Notes: a model not told the origin generated them from the letters alone. DNA of 63,714 bases, filler included, from Candidatus Tectimicrobiota bacterium (GCA_016193065.1; 4 parts of 4 records of this genome joined end to end with filler, not necessarily neighbours in it); one strand, 5' to 3'; shown: positions 7,892 to 20,556, numbered from the whole stretch's first letter. Program-made: numbers and translations.

Positions 7892-9038
7892 CCCCTTCCC
7901 GCCGGGGCTGCACGCCAGGCTGCTGCCGAACGGGAACCTCTTGTTCGCCGGCAGGAGCGGCAAGGTGGATCCTCCCGATCGGCCCGGCGTGGGTAAGTAC
8001 CCCATGGGCGGCGCCGCCGGGTGGCTCATCGAGATGGACTGGAACGGGAAGATCCTCTTCCAGTATCGCGACCCGAGCATGCACCATGACTTCCACCCGA
8101 TGCCCAACGGGAACTACATTTACGTGGCCTGGGATAAAGTGCCCAAGGACCTCCAGAACAAGGTACGCGGAGGCTACAAGGGGTCCGAGCACCACTCCGA
8201 CGGGTCCATGTTCGCGGACAAGCTCGTGGAGGTCAACCCCAGGGGCGAGGTCGTCTGGGAATGGCGCGCCATCGATCACTTCGACGTGAACGTTGACATC
8301 ATCGGGCCGGTCCACCCCCGAGAGGAATGGTCCCACTTCAACAACGTGGACGTGATGGAAAACGGCAACATCCTGACGGACGGCCGGCACCTGGACAGCA
8401 TGATGATCATCGACAAGAAGACCGGGAACATCATCTGGCGGTGGGGCAGCGTGGCCTACCTGGATGAGGGCGGGACGATCGAGTTCTGCCGCGGCATCAA
8501 CACCATGGGCGGCCAGCACGACTGCAATGAGATCCCCACGGGGTATCCCGGCGCGGGAAACATCATCTGCTACGACAACGGGATGTACGTGGACGAGTCC
8601 CGAGCCGTCGAGGTGGACCCGAAGACGAACAAGGTCGTCTGGGAGTCGAAGCAGCACGGGAAGTATGCCCGGCTGGGTGGCATTGGGAGGAAACACTTCT
8701 CGAACTTCATCAGCGGCGCGGAGAGGCTCCCCAACGGGAACACCCTGATCACGGACGGCGCCAACGGCCGCATCTTCGAGGTCACCCCGCAGCAGGAGGT
8801 CGTCTGGGAGTACGTGAGCGGGTACTTCACGGCCCCCACCTACCAGGGAGCGATGTTCCGCTCTCACCGGTATGCTGTGGACTACGTGCCGCAGTTCAAG
8901 AACCTGAAGCCCGCCAGGGGTCCCGCCGTGGTGCCCCCGGACGTGTCGAAGTTCCGCGTGGCCCCGCAGGCCGAAAAGGCGAAGGAGGAAGGCAAGGAAA
9001 AAGAGGAAGAGCTGGCTCCTCGGATTCCCAGGTACTGA
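7892..9038 (+). CDS. Arylsulfotransferase (ASST)-like beta-propeller protein, 5' truncated
   Basis: MHHDF, EWSHFN, GGQHD, GNIICYDNG, SGAERLPNGNTLIT motifs. Confidence 0.85.
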
Positions 9039-9056
9039 TCAGCGGAAAGGAGTGGT

Positions 9057-9082
9057 TCGGGCGGGGAGAAATCCCCGCCCGA
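9057..9082 (+). terminator. GC-rich hairpin after the first ASST gene
   Basis: TCGGGCGGGGA-GAAA-TCCCCGCCCGA; weak U-tract. Confidence 0.5.
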
Positions 9083-9167
9083 CGTTTCCCCGGATTAAGT
9101 CAAGAACCTGCATCCGCTATCGACGGGCCCATTCCTGCCGGGAGACTCTTAGCCAGGCCGGCACCGT

Positions 9168-9304
9168 GTTACTTCTCGGTAACCATCCCCCTCTGAGAGT
9201 TTCGCTTCGGTAACGGCTGCTTCATGCCTCCTGGGCTCACATCGGCCGCTAGACCCCTTTTTCCAACGGATTCATTGGGTTGCCCGGGTGGCATGATCAT
9301 TGCT
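9168..9304 (+). promoter_or_regulatory. Paired GTTAC-N6-GTAAC sites plus sigma54 promoter (unit 1)
   Basis: Sites at 9168-9183 and 9199-9214; TGGCATGATCATTGCT at 9289-9304. Confidence 0.8.
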
Positions 9305-9415
9305 GCGAGAGGAAAGAAGGAGGGAGATGTTTCGCTCCTACATAGGGAGAAGGAAGTTGGGATAACAATCATTTCAACAGGGAAATGAAGAGTCCATTTT
9401 ACAGGGAGCTATACG

Positions 9416-10906
9416 ATGAAAAAGCTTTTCCTCATACTGGCAATATCTTCCTTGGCATTGATTCCGGCAACGCTTCTTGCATTTCCAACCGTCTACCCGA
9501 CCGGAACAACGATCTACAAGCCTGAGAAGTGCTGGAATGGCTACACAGTTTTGCAGAACGCCGGAATCAAGTGGACGGAAGGCCGGGAAGGCGGCACTGT
9601 TTTGATCGACATGAACGGAAACGTTCTCAGCGAGTGGCCGAACATTCATTTCTTTCCGGCCAAGATTTTGCCCGGCGGCCACATCATGGGATACATGGGA
9701 TCCGACGGACCCGGTCACGAGTCGTCCAAGAAGCTGGTCCAGATGGACTGGAACGGCAATGTTGTCTGGCAGTTTGAGATGGCCGGGCAGGAACACGACT
9801 TCCAGAGAGAAGGAAACCCCGTCGGCTACTACGCGCCCGGCATGGAGCCCAAGGTCGACCGGGGAAACACCCTGACCCTCGTCTACAGGAAGAACATCAA
9901 GAAGCCCCAGATCAGCCCCCAGCCTCTGACGGACACGGCGTTCCTGGAAGTGACCTGGGACGGGAGGGTCGTCTGGGAGTGGCTGCAGAGCGATCACTTC
10001 GAGGAGATGGAGTTCAGCGAGGAGGCCAGGAACGCCATGTCCCGATCTCCGAGCGGAGGGGACTGGGCCCACATCAACAACATGAACGTCCTCGGTCCCA
10101 ACACGTGGTACGACATGGGCGACCAGCGCTTCCACCCCGACAACATCATCTATGACGCCCGGGTTCTCAACATTATAGCCATCATCGACAAGAAGACCGG
10201 CAAGCTCGTCTGGAAGGTGGGTCCGGATTACACCGCGACTCCGGCCCTGCGGAAGCTCGGGCAGATCATCGGCCCCCATCAGGCCCACATGATCCCCAGG
10301 GGGCTCCCGGGGGAGGGGAACATCCTGGTTTTCGACAACGGGGGCTTCGCAGGGTACGGTAACCCGAATCCCGGCTCCCCGACCGGCATGTACAACGCCC
10401 TCCGGGATTACTCCCGGGTCATCGAGTTTGATCCGGTGACGATGGAGATCGTCTGGGAGTATTCCATGAGGGCTGCGGGCCACCTGCCGAGAATCGAGGG
10501 CCACAAGTTTTACAGCCCCTACATGAGCGGGGCCCAGCGGCTCCCCAACGGCAACACTCTGATCACGGAAGCTGCCTCGGGTCGCGTTTTTGAGGTAACT
10601 CCGGAGCGGGAGATCGTCTGGGAGTTCGTAAGCCCGTTCTTCTACCCGGGGAACCAGGGGATTGGCGGGGACCCCACACGCCAGTATCCACCCATCAACC
10701 ATCTGTATCGAGCCTACCGGGTCCCTTACGGGTGGGTTCCGCAGGTGAAAAAGCCCAAGGAAACGTCCGTGATTCCTCCTCCCAACTCAGAATTGCGGGT
10801 CCCTCAGAGCGCGCCGGCGACGTCTGTGAAGCCCGCGGAGACGCAGAGACCCGCCAGGAAAGAGGAGAGGGAAGAAGAACAGTATCCCCAACCCCTGAGA
10901 TATTAG
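9416..10906 (+). CDS. Exported arylsulfotransferase (ASST)-like protein
   Basis: Sec signal; FPTVYPTGTTIY, QEHDFQREGNP, DWAHIN, GPHQAHMIP, SGAQRLPNGNTLITE. Confidence 0.9.
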   Translation: MKKLFLILAISSLALIPATLLAFPTVYPTGTTIYKPEKCWNGYTVLQNAGIKWTEGREGGTVLIDMNGNVLSEWPNIHFFPAKILPGGHIMGYMGSDGPGHESSKKLVQMDWNGNVVWQFEMAGQEHDFQREGNPVGYYAPGMEPKVDRGNTLTLVYRKNIKKPQISPQPLTDTAFLEVTWDGRVVWEWLQSDHFEEMEFSEEARNAMSRSPSGGDWAHINNMNVLGPNTWYDMGDQRFHPDNIIYDARVLNIIAIIDKKTGKLVWKVGPDYTATPALRKLGQIIGPHQAHMIPRGLPGEGNILVFDNGGFAGYGNPNPGSPTGMYNALRDYSRVIEFDPVTMEIVWEYSMRAAGHLPRIEGHKFYSPYMSGAQRLPNGNTLITEAASGRVFEVTPEREIVWEFVSPFFYPGNQGIGGDPTRQYPPINHLYRAYRVPYGWVPQVKKPKETSVIPPPNSELRVPQSAPATSVKPAETQRPARKEEREEEQYPQPLRY

Positions 10907-10954
10907 TTGCCCAGATGTCAGAACGGAATATCGACATCCGGCGGTTACACGCGC

Positions 10955-12052
10955 ATGTTCGGCCATCTTGTGGAGTGGGTGAAAGAGCAGGTACGCGGGA
11001 GGCAGTTCGAGGCCGTTCAGATCGAGGTGACCTCCCGCTGCATCCAGCGCTGCGTCATGTGCCCGAGAGTCGCCCTGGCGGACCGTTGGCCGGAGCTGGA
11101 TCTCCCCTGGGAAGCCTTCCAGCGCAGCGCCCGGGCTTTCCACCGGACAAAGTTCGTCTACCTCCAGGGGTGGGGAGAGCCTCTCCTCCACCCCCGCCTC
11201 TATGACATGATCGCCCTGGCCAAAGACGCCGGGTGCCGGGTGGGATTTACCAGCAACGGCATGCTTCTGGATCTGCTTGCAGGCAAGCGGCTCCTGGCCC
11301 TGGACCTGGACCTCCTGGCCATCTCCATTGCCGGCGCCACCCGGCGCACGCACGAGAGCATCCGGGTCGGCTCGGACTTCCCCACGGTCCTGGACAACGT
11401 TCGCCGGTTCCTGATCTTGAAGGCAAAGCAGCGCAGCAGGAAGCCGAAGGTCGAGATCTTCTTTCTCATGACGAAAACCAACATGGCCGAGCTGCCTCAG
11501 GCAGTGGATCTTGCTGCATCCCTGGGAGTGGACGAACTGGTGGCCACCAACCTGGATTACGCCGTCACGCCCGAGCATGACGATCTCAAGGCGTTCTCCT
11601 GGAAGCCTCAGAAGAGCCCCTTCGTTTGGTTCCTAGAGGAGGCGAGGAAGAGAGCTCAACGAGCCGGTCTTAGCTTCCGCCCCTATCCGCTGGATCCCGA
11701 GGAGGCGGCCGTCTGTGAGGCCAACCCGACGAAGATCCTGTTCATTTCCTGCGACGGCTGGGTGTCGCCCTGCAACTACATGGGCCTGCCTGGGCGGAGC
11801 GACGTCCCGCGGCGCTTTGGAGGCCTGTCGTTGACGGTTCCCCGTCTTCGGTTCGGGAACGTCCTGGATCAAGAGCTGCTGGAGATATGGGAGAGTCCAG
11901 CCTACCGGGCGTTTCGCCGGCAGTTCGAGGAGCGCCTTGTAGGGAACCTGATGCGGGCGCTCAGCGCGACCGTAGGCAGCGGGTCAGTTTCCAATCAAAA
12001 GGTGCCGCCGCCCGAGCCCTGCCGCACCTGCTACAAGCTCTACGGATTGTGA
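10955..12052 (+). CDS. Radical SAM protein with SPASM/twitch-like C-terminus
   Basis: CIQRCVMC, QGWGEPLLHP, C-terminal Cys set (VCEANP, SPCNY, PCRTCYK). Confidence 0.9.
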   Translation: MFGHLVEWVKEQVRGRQFEAVQIEVTSRCIQRCVMCPRVALADRWPELDLPWEAFQRSARAFHRTKFVYLQGWGEPLLHPRLYDMIALAKDAGCRVGFTSNGMLLDLLAGKRLLALDLDLLAISIAGATRRTHESIRVGSDFPTVLDNVRRFLILKAKQRSRKPKVEIFFLMTKTNMAELPQAVDLAASLGVDELVATNLDYAVTPEHDDLKAFSWKPQKSPFVWFLEEARKRAQRAGLSFRPYPLDPEEAAVCEANPTKILFISCDGWVSPCNYMGLPGRSDVPRRFGGLSLTVPRLRFGNVLDQELLEIWESPAYRAFRRQFEERLVGNLMRALSATVGSGSVSNQKVPPPEPCRTCYKLYGL

Positions 12053-12068
12053 CCCCTTTGAGATCCCG

Positions 12069-12196
12069 GTTACCGTGCGGTAACGGAAACGTTTCCGGCC
12101 GGTAACTCTCCCCTGCACACTCTTTCTCCCTTTTAACGTAACCCCGCTTTTTCCCATGGGGTTCTCCAGGGTTGTCCAAACGGCATGGTCATTGCT
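12069..12196 (+). promoter_or_regulatory. Paired GTTAC-N6-GTAAC sites plus sigma54 promoter (unit 2)
   Basis: Sites at 12069-12084 and 12091-12106; CGGCATGGTCATTGCT at 12181-12196. Confidence 0.75.
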
Positions 12197-12314
12197 TGAA
12201 AAGTTCATTGAAAAAGTGTGCTTGACCCTAAACTTGCCTGGAGCAATCTCAAGAAGGAAGAAGACCAACAACGGCGAGGGAAAAGGCCGCGGTTTGATGT
12301 TGGGAGGTGAGCGG

Positions 12315-12494
12315 ATGTTTGGACTGGGACTCCCTGAACTGATCATTATTCTGGTGATCGGCATGATCTTCTTCGGGGTGGGCAAGTTGCCTGAACTGGG
12401 CGGAAATCTTGGGAAGTGCATCCACAATTTTCGCAAAGCTCATAAAGAACTCGAAGAAGTCGATGCACCAAAAGAAGAGAAAAAACAAACATAA
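12315..12494 (+). CDS. tatA: Twin-arginine translocase TatA/E subunit
   Basis: [51 protein letters not shown]. Confidence 0.93.
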   Translation: MFGLGLPELIIILVIGMIFFGVGKLPELGGNLGKCIHNFRKAHKELEEVDAPKEEKKQT

Positions 12495-12923
12495 CGGCCT
12501 GAGTGATATCCCCCACTCTCTGGGTCGAGTCCCCCTCATTTCGGCGGCTTGCACTTTGCTTACTGATTCATTTCCTTCAGACTCCTCAAGGAAGAATCAA
12601 CTATCTCAAATAGATAGGTCGTGCCCATATCTTTCCCGTTTATGAATCTCAAGTAGGCATGGTTCTTGCGATTCCAATATTGACATGAGACCAGGGAAGG
12701 GTTTCACGTCTTCTTTCTCTGTATAGCGATCCAGCGAAGCAGGGTCACCGCTTGATTCGCTAAACCGCACGTCAACTGTTCTGCTCTCCACCCTTCCTCG
12801 GGTAAGATCAAGATCAACCATCCCTATGTTCTTTTGGAAAGGGGGTGCCGCCGAGAAGCCCATAAGCCTGCATGCGTCCACTAGGGTCTCATTGCTGGGG
12901 TTAAGTCTCTGGAGGAACGTACG

Positions 12924-13256
12924 ATGGAACAATCTCTTGCTGATGGTTGCTTCACTCAGGACCGCAAGCACTTTTACCTCGAGTTCCTGGAATTTGTCCA
13001 CCGGTATCCCGAAATGAAGGTTTCCCTTTACGTCCCCCGAAATGACCTGCCCCTCCTGGCTAAAAAGGAGTGTTCCTCCATTGTCTGCGATCTACTGGAC
13101 CTCTGCGAATCCGGCCGGCTCACCCTTATCGGAACGATGCCCAGACCTCATCTGCTCGAATATCTTCGTGGAGTCGGAAAAGGCCAGAGCAACCCGATCC
13201 TCTTCCAAGAGGAACGAGTAGGACGTTATACGGATTCTCACCCGGGTGTGGCGTGA
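12924..13256 (+). CDS. Small hypothetical protein, paralog copy 1 (GH57 N-terminal-like)
   Basis: FYLEFLEF..RYPEMKVSLYVP.NDLPLLA..EC..IV..LLDLCESGRL motif shared with 16689-17024 and 20212-20544; GGAGG RBS. Confidence 0.65.
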   Translation: MEQSLADGCFTQDRKHFYLEFLEFVHRYPEMKVSLYVPRNDLPLLAKKECSSIVCDLLDLCESGRLTLIGTMPRPHLLEYLRGVGKGQSNPILFQEERVGRYTDSHPGVA

Positions 13257-13360
13257 GAGGCTGAACCGATTTCTGGGAGGACTCTGGAACCTTGCCTGCT
13301 ACTCCCGGGTCTAATAAATAAAAAATATACGCGTTGCGAAGCTCACGAAGAGGAGTCGCG

Positions 13361-13597
13361 ATGGCGCGAACCATGAAAGCATTCGTGGTGAGGCGGATCG
13401 GCGAAGTGGGGAGGATGGAGAAGCCGGTTCCCGAACCAGGTCTGAACGATGGCATCGTGAAGACCACGGCGGCGCTCCTCTGTACCTCCGATGTGCATAC
13501 CGTAGCGGGTGCAATTGGGGAACGGACTGATCTTACGCTGGGCTATGAGGCCGTAGGGATTATTTTCAAGCTTAAGCCCTTGATCTCTTTTGAGTAA
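13361..13597 (+). pseudogene. Truncated Zn-dependent (NADP-type) alcohol dehydrogenase N-terminus
   Basis: MKAFVV...EKPVPEPG...LCTSDVHT...LGYEAVG, then a stop after about 78 aa. Confidence 0.8.
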
Positions 13598-13631
13598 TAT
13601 GCGTCCTACTACCGCATATGGGAGGAGCGTC

Positions 13632-13841
13632 ATGAAGTGCGAGCGCTGCTTGGGCCCGATGGTTTCCGAACGTGTGCTGTACCAGGGCAGGGTATTCCAC
13701 ATGTGGAAGTGCCTGATGTGCGGCGACCTCATCGACTGGATCATCCTGTTGAACCGATCGGATCCTTCCCTGGTGGAGGAAGCGTTGAACGAGAAAAGCG
13801 AAGAAATGTTTCAAGAGGAGGTCCGCTCCCACTGTGCCTGA
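13632..13841 (+). CDS. Small zinc-ribbon protein
   Basis: MKCERCLGPMV...WKCLMCGDLIDWIILLNR; GGAGGAG RBS. Confidence 0.7.
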   Translation: MKCERCLGPMVSERVLYQGRVFHMWKCLMCGDLIDWIILLNRSDPSLVEEALNEKSEEMFQEEVRSHCA

Positions 13842-13848
13842 GGAACGT

Positions 13849-13902
13849 ATGATGGATCAGTCCCTCTCTGCTGGTTGCTTCACTCAGGACCGCAAGCACT
13901 TC
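13849..13902 (+). pseudogene. 5' fragment of a fourth copy of the small paralog family
   Basis: MMDQSLSAGCFTQDRKHF matches the starts of 12924 and 17024, then homology is lost. Confidence 0.6.
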
Positions 13903-13915
13903 CGCACCCGCGCCA

Positions 13916-14857
13916 TCATGACCACACTCCCGAGGTAAAAGGCCAGAGGATCGGGTGCCCCTGCCGCCGGTACTCGCAGAATTCATACCGGAGGAACGGA
14001 TAGCCTCCCCACTTCTCCTTGAACCGTCTGATCCCTTCATTTACCCCCAACCCGAGATGAATGTAACCCTTTCCACGTTCCCTGGCGAGATTCACCATTT
14101 CGAACTTCTCCTTGAACCGTCTGATCCCTTCATTTACCCCCAACCCAAGATGAATGTAACCCTTTCCACGTTCCCTGGCGAGATTCACCATTTCGAGAAA
14201 CATGAGGTCCGAGGCGCCGGGAACATAGTGTCTCTTGGAATGGCAGCCCACCACATAGGTGGCAAAGTTCTGCGCGCCAAGCTCAACCACGTAAAAAGCC
14301 GACACCTTCCCTTCCCGGTTCCAGACGGTTAAAACCGCTGCGGTGGCCGATTTAGCTGTATACTCCTCCATACTGAGGAAAAGCCTTTCGATTCGGGGGC
14401 CCGGTTTCTCCCTCTTCAGAAATTCAGAGATGACGTCCTGGTGGGCTTTCCCGATCCCTGTGCCCCGCACAACCGCCAGATCCCTAGCGGCCTTGTCAAC
14501 GATCCGCTGGAGGGGTTTCTTCAGCTCGAATCCCTGGAGTTCCAGTTTATAGTAGGAGTCACTTTCTCTCTCCTGGCGCAGGTGTACCATTCCCGGAGGA
14601 ACCTCGGGGACGATGAACCATAAGTATTCGGGTTGAAAGGTCTTCATGATGCCATGGACGACCCTCTCGAAATCCGTGCCGGCAAAGTTACCTGTAATGG
14701 GATACCCCACAAGGATAAGCCAGTTGTCCTTTGCGAAGAAGACATAGTCATCGATGAGAAATGGTTCTCCCCGTGAGATGAGGGCCATCAAGCTCACGGT
14801 GTGCTCGGGAACATAGGCGTTGGCCAGAATGTATCTCTCTTCATCCGGTGAGATCAT
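13916..14857 (-). CDS. GNAT/acyl-CoA N-acyltransferase-fold (FemAB/DUF2156-like) protein
   Basis: AYVPEH, YVPGASDL, IHLGLGVNEGIRRFKEKWGG; paralog of the next gene. Confidence 0.7.
   Translation of the reverse strand: MISPDEERYILANAYVPEHTVSLMALISRGEPFLIDDYVFFAKDNWLILVGYPITGNFAGTDFERVVHGIMKTFQPEYLWFIVPEVPPGMVHLRQERESDSYYKLELQGFELKKPLQRIVDKAARDLAVVRGTGIGKAHQDVISEFLKREKPGPRIERLFLSMEEYTAKSATAAVLTVWNREGKVSAFYVVELGAQNFATYVVGCHSKRHYVPGASDLMFLEMVNLARERGKGYIHLGLGVNEGIRRFKEKFEMVNLARERGKGYIHLGLGVNEGIRRFKEKWGGYPFLRYEFCEYRRQGHPILWPFTSGVWS
14011..14196. repeat. 93-bp in-frame tandem duplication with one mismatch
   Basis: 14011-14103 repeated at 14104-14196, duplicating EMVNLARERGKGYIHLGLGVNEGIRRFKEK. Confidence 0.9.
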
Positions 14858-15756
14858 AACCTTTCCAAGAGGCTCTCGAAAAGCGACCTGGGACTCGGCT
14901 GGTACCGGCAGAACTCATAGCTGAGGAAGGGCCTTCCCTCCCATTTCAGCTTGAAGTGCGCCACCCCTTCATGAATCCCCAGGCCAAGGTTGATAAAGGC
15001 ATTTTCCTTCTCCTGAGCGGTGGTCAGCACTTCGTGCAGGAGAAGGTCTGATGCCCCTGGAACATAATGCTTTGGTGAGCAAAAATTGAATTGATAAAAT
15101 GCGTACTCCTTGCTGCCGAACTCCGCCACATCGAAGGCGACCAGGTTCCCCGCCCCATCTCTCGCGCTGAAGACTTCGGCCGTAGGAACCGCAGAAACGT
15201 ATGCTGGGACCCTTTCAAAAATGTATCGAGTCTCCTCACGGAGCTGGCGGGAATCGAGAAACTCACGGATTAACCGCGTGTGCTCCTTGTGAATCTCCCC
15301 GGCACGCTCAACCTGTAGCTCTTTCGATGCCCGCCGTATCATATTTCGGACCTTCGCAGGGATGCTCATCTGCGAAAGATCCAGCCGGTAGTAATGGTCG
15401 CAGTTGCGCTCCCGAACGGGCACTCGCACCATGGAGATCACCGGCGCGGTGAGGGCCACATACGCTGGCTTGAATCGTGAAATTGCCGACCGGAGGGCCT
15501 CCATTAGCGACTTTTCATCGAAGGGAGACCGCAGGGGATAGCCGATGAAGAGGAGAGTCTCTTCAGCACGGTAACACACATAGTCCCCGAGAAGATACGG
15601 CTCTGCCCGGGAAATGGCAGTCACATAGCCCGGCAGGTGCTCCGGCACATAGGCATGGCTCGCAATGAAATCTGCTTCAGAAGGCGTGATCATTCGGAGA
15701 CCTAAATCTTCCCAATGGATCGCCCCTCGATCCGGTTCCCGCAAGATCGATGTCAC
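14854..15756 (-). CDS. GNAT-fold (FemAB/DUF2156-like) protein, paralog
   Basis: AYVPEH, YVPGASDLL, INLGLGIHEGVAHFKLKWEG; 4-nt overlap with the downstream paralog. Confidence 0.7.
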   Translation of the reverse strand: MTSILREPDRGAIHWEDLGLRMITPSEADFIASHAYVPEHLPGYVTAISRAEPYLLGDYVCYRAEETLLFIGYPLRSPFDEKSLMEALRSAISRFKPAYVALTAPVISMVRVPVRERNCDHYYRLDLSQMSIPAKVRNMIRRASKELQVERAGEIHKEHTRLIREFLDSRQLREETRYIFERVPAYVSAVPTAEVFSARDGAGNLVAFDVAEFGSKEYAFYQFNFCSPKHYVPGASDLLLHEVLTTAQEKENAFINLGLGIHEGVAHFKLKWEGRPFLSYEFCRYQPSPRSLFESLLERL

Positions 15757-15861
15757 TTTTCCGACCAGAATTTACCTCTGTACAAAGCCTATATCCGGGG
15801 ACAAGGGAAGTCAAAAGGAGGGTGAAAAACTCCAGGAGAATCCCCTTACGCTGCCGTCTGG

Positions 15862-15985
15862 GTTACCGCCAGGTAACCGTTTCCTCCTGAAATGTTTCCA
15901 TTCGGTAACCTCTGCCTTGCTCTCTTCTCCTCTTTCCCGTGGATTGGCCCTAATCCGAAGAAAACAAACTGGGTTGATGCGTGCT
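15862..15985 (+). promoter_or_regulatory. Paired GTTAC-N6-GTAAC sites with a degenerate sigma54 element (unit 3)
   Basis: Sites at 15862-15877 and 15894-15909; TGGGTTGATGCGTGCT at 15970-15985; no convincing + strand gene follows. Confidence 0.55.
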
Positions 15986-16249
15986 GTTGGCCCGCAGGTC
16001 CTGACACCCGCCAGGCGCGGGTACCCACAAAGTGGGTGCGGGTCGCCTCCTCGATCCGCGCTCCGTCACCCTGACGAGGGTCCCCGACCAAGCCCGCTTG
16101 CGCGGGCTCGGTGCCCGGCGCGGCTCTGCGGAGGCTTCCCCGGCGTCACCCGTGGGCCTGCGTCGAATGACCGCGGCGGGGAATTTCGGATTGGGATTGG
16201 CTCTTCCCTCAAGAGGTTTCTCCGAGAAGAGGTCGGCGGCAACGATTGG

Positions 16250-16699
16250 TTAATAGGACAGGACCGTAAGGAAAAGCCCGACAAGCCATGCAAGCACGAG
16301 GAAGGTCGGCAGGGTAACCGAGATGAAAGTGGTAGAGCGAATTCGAAACTGACCTTTGCGAACCTCCTCTGGAAAGGCTTCCTCGGAAGGAACAGCGCTC
16401 GATTGCCCGGGACCCCCCGCGAGCTTCTCAATAAACCAGGCCGCGTCCAGGGCATAGAAAACCCAAAATACATCGATCACTACAACCAGAAAAACGATAA
16501 GAGATCGGACTGAAATCGAGGAGGATAGAGTTTCGCCAACGATCGCGAGAGCATTCAGCGCCAGAATAAATCCCGATCGACGTTTCAGCAGTTGAGCTTG
16601 ATATTGAACAGAACGAGATTGTGGTGCAAGCTCCGCTGAAAGTCTCTCGATCAACACGCGTTTATCCCCTCCCTTATCTTTCAACTCTTCACGCCGCAT
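16250..16699 (-). CDS. Hypothetical membrane protein
   Basis: ORF with about three hydrophobic segments, overlapping the upstream gene end. Confidence 0.5.
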   Translation of the reverse strand: MRREELKDKGGDKRVLIERLSAELAPQSRSVQYQAQLLKRRSGFILALNALAIVGETLSSSISVRSLIVFLVVVIDVFWVFYALDAAWFIEKLAGGPGQSSAVPSEEAFPEEVRKGQFRIRSTTFISVTLPTFLVLAWLVGLFLTVLSY

Positions 16700-17024
16700 C
16701 CGGGTGGAAATCTGTAGAACTCCCTATACTTTCTTCTTGGAAGAGGATCGGGTTGCTCTGGGCTTTTCCGACTTCACGGAGATATTCAAGGAGATGAGGC
16801 CTGGGCATCATGCCCACGAGGGTGAGCCGGCCGGATTCGCAGAGATCCAGCAGGTCGCGGACAATCGAGAAACACTCCTCTTTGGCCAGAAGGGGGAAGT
16901 CGTTTTGAGGAACGTAAAGGCAGATTTGCACCTCAGGATACCGGCGGGTAAACTCCAGGAACTCGAGGTAAAAGTGCTTGCGCCCCTGAACGAAGCAACC
17001 AACGGAAAGGGACTGATCCATCAT
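16689..17024 (-). CDS. Small hypothetical protein, paralog copy 2 (GH57 N-terminal-like)
   Basis: Same motif family as 12924-13256; shared leader ATTGCTGGGGTT...GGAGGAAC. Confidence 0.65.
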   Translation of the reverse strand: MMDQSLSVGCFVQGRKHFYLEFLEFTRRYPEVQICLYVPQNDFPLLAKEECFSIVRDLLDLCESGRLTLVGMMPRPHLLEYLREVGKAQSNPILFQEESIGSSTDFHPDAA

Positions 17025-17161
17025 GGGTTCCTCCAGGGGCTCAACCCCAGCAATAAGATCCTGACCGAAATCCCTAGATCGTGCGGCGGCGACCCGGTCT
17101 CATGAAGACCAGGTCGGGGCGAAGGTGAGCACGACACATGTCACCACGGGTACTTGTCGTG

Positions 17162-17407
17162 TCATCCGGTTGGTTCATCAGGGGCTGGTCCGCCACGGAC
17201 GTAGAGTCGACAGATCCGGCCGTCAATGCAAGCGCCCAACGCCTCCAAGGGCCTTTGTGGAATCCGGGATAGCGCTTCCAATTCCTCTTGGGACAACTCC
17301 AGTCCGGCGTGCAAAGAAGCGATCGCCGGATCCGAAAAGAACTCTTCGCGGAATCCTTCATCCGTGACCAGCTTGCCCAAAGTTCTCTCGACTTCCCGTT
17401 GGCTCAC
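17162..17407 (-). CDS. NHLP-clan (Os1348-like) small protein
   Basis: MSQREVERTLGKLVTDEGFREEFFSDP...GLELSQEELEAL; GGAGGTG RBS before GTG. Confidence 0.7.
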   Translation of the reverse strand: MSQREVERTLGKLVTDEGFREEFFSDPAIASLHAGLELSQEELEALSRIPQRPLEALGACIDGRICRLYVRGGPAPDEPTG

Positions 17408-17439
17408 GTGAATCACCTCCATGGACTTTTTCTTAGTAG

Positions 17440-17455
17440 AGCAAAGGGTATACCA
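17440..17455 (-). promoter_or_regulatory. Sigma54 -24/-12 promoter for the NHLP-like gene
   Basis: Minus strand TGGTATACCCTTTGCT. Confidence 0.7.
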
Positions 17456-17593
17456 AACTCCCGGATCGACCGTACCTCATTGCGGAGTAACAAGTTGCTG
17501 GCACCCGGGGGAATCGGATGGCAGGAAGGCTGGTGGTTGAGCTGCAGAAAGCTGGAGAATTCTCTACAATCTGTGCAGAAATAAACAACGCGG

Positions 17594-19804
<2,211 letters not shown>

Positions 19805-20211
19805 GATAGTCCTCCCCTGGTGAGAATCTATCTCAACGGAAAGGCACTTGTATTTTGGTGGGGCAGATCGAATTATACACATTGCGGCCGGCCCGTCAAA
19901 TCAAAATTGGAAACTTTCTCTTCCTGCTATTGACAAGAGAGAGTGCAGAATCCAAATTTTATTTTATATAGAGAACCAGGGATGGGTTTCGCGTTTTCCT
20001 CCTAAGTATAACAATCCAGGGAAGCAGGGTCATCCGCTCGATTCCCTAAACCCCACGGAAGCTGTTCTGCTCTTCACCCTCCCTCGGGAAGATCAAGATT
20101 AACCATCCTTATATTTTTGGGGGAAAGGAGGTGCCGCCGAGGAGTCAACAAACCCGCCTAATTCCGCGAGAGTCTTACTGTGGGGGGGAAAACCTGTGGA
20201 GGAAACTTACC

Positions 20212-20544
20212 ATGGAGCAGTCCCTCTCTCCCGGTTTCTTCGTTCAGGGTCGCAAGCTATTTTATACGGAGTTTTTGGAGTTTGCCGGCCGCTATCCCGA
20301 AATGAGGATCTCCCTTTACGTTCCCCAAAATGACCTCCCTCTCCTGGCCAATGAGGAGTGCTCCTCGATTGTCCGCGGTCTCCTGAACCTCTGCGAATCC
20401 GGCCGCCTTATCCTGATGGGAATGATTCCCAGGTCTCATCTCCTCGCCTATCTCCGTGAAATCCGAACAGGATTCAGAAACCCACTCCTCCCGCCAGATG
20501 AAATTCCAGGGAACCCTATGGATCCCTATCCGGATGCGGCATGA
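20212..20544 (+). CDS. Small hypothetical protein, paralog copy 3 (GH57 N-terminal-like)
   Basis: MEQSLSPGFFVQGRKLFYTEFLEFAGRYPEMRISLYVPQNDLPLLA; upstream ~20060-20210 resembles ~12776-12920. Confidence 0.65.
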   Translation: MEQSLSPGFFVQGRKLFYTEFLEFAGRYPEMRISLYVPQNDLPLLANEECSSIVRGLLNLCESGRLILMGMIPRSHLLAYLREIRTGFRNPLLPPDEIPGNPMDPYPDAA

Positions 20545-20556
20545 GGGGGCGAACAG

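Noticed and set aside
14011-14196. 31-aa duplication as a functional repeat domain
   Set aside because: Absent from the adjacent paralog and nearly exact; likely misassembly or a very recent event
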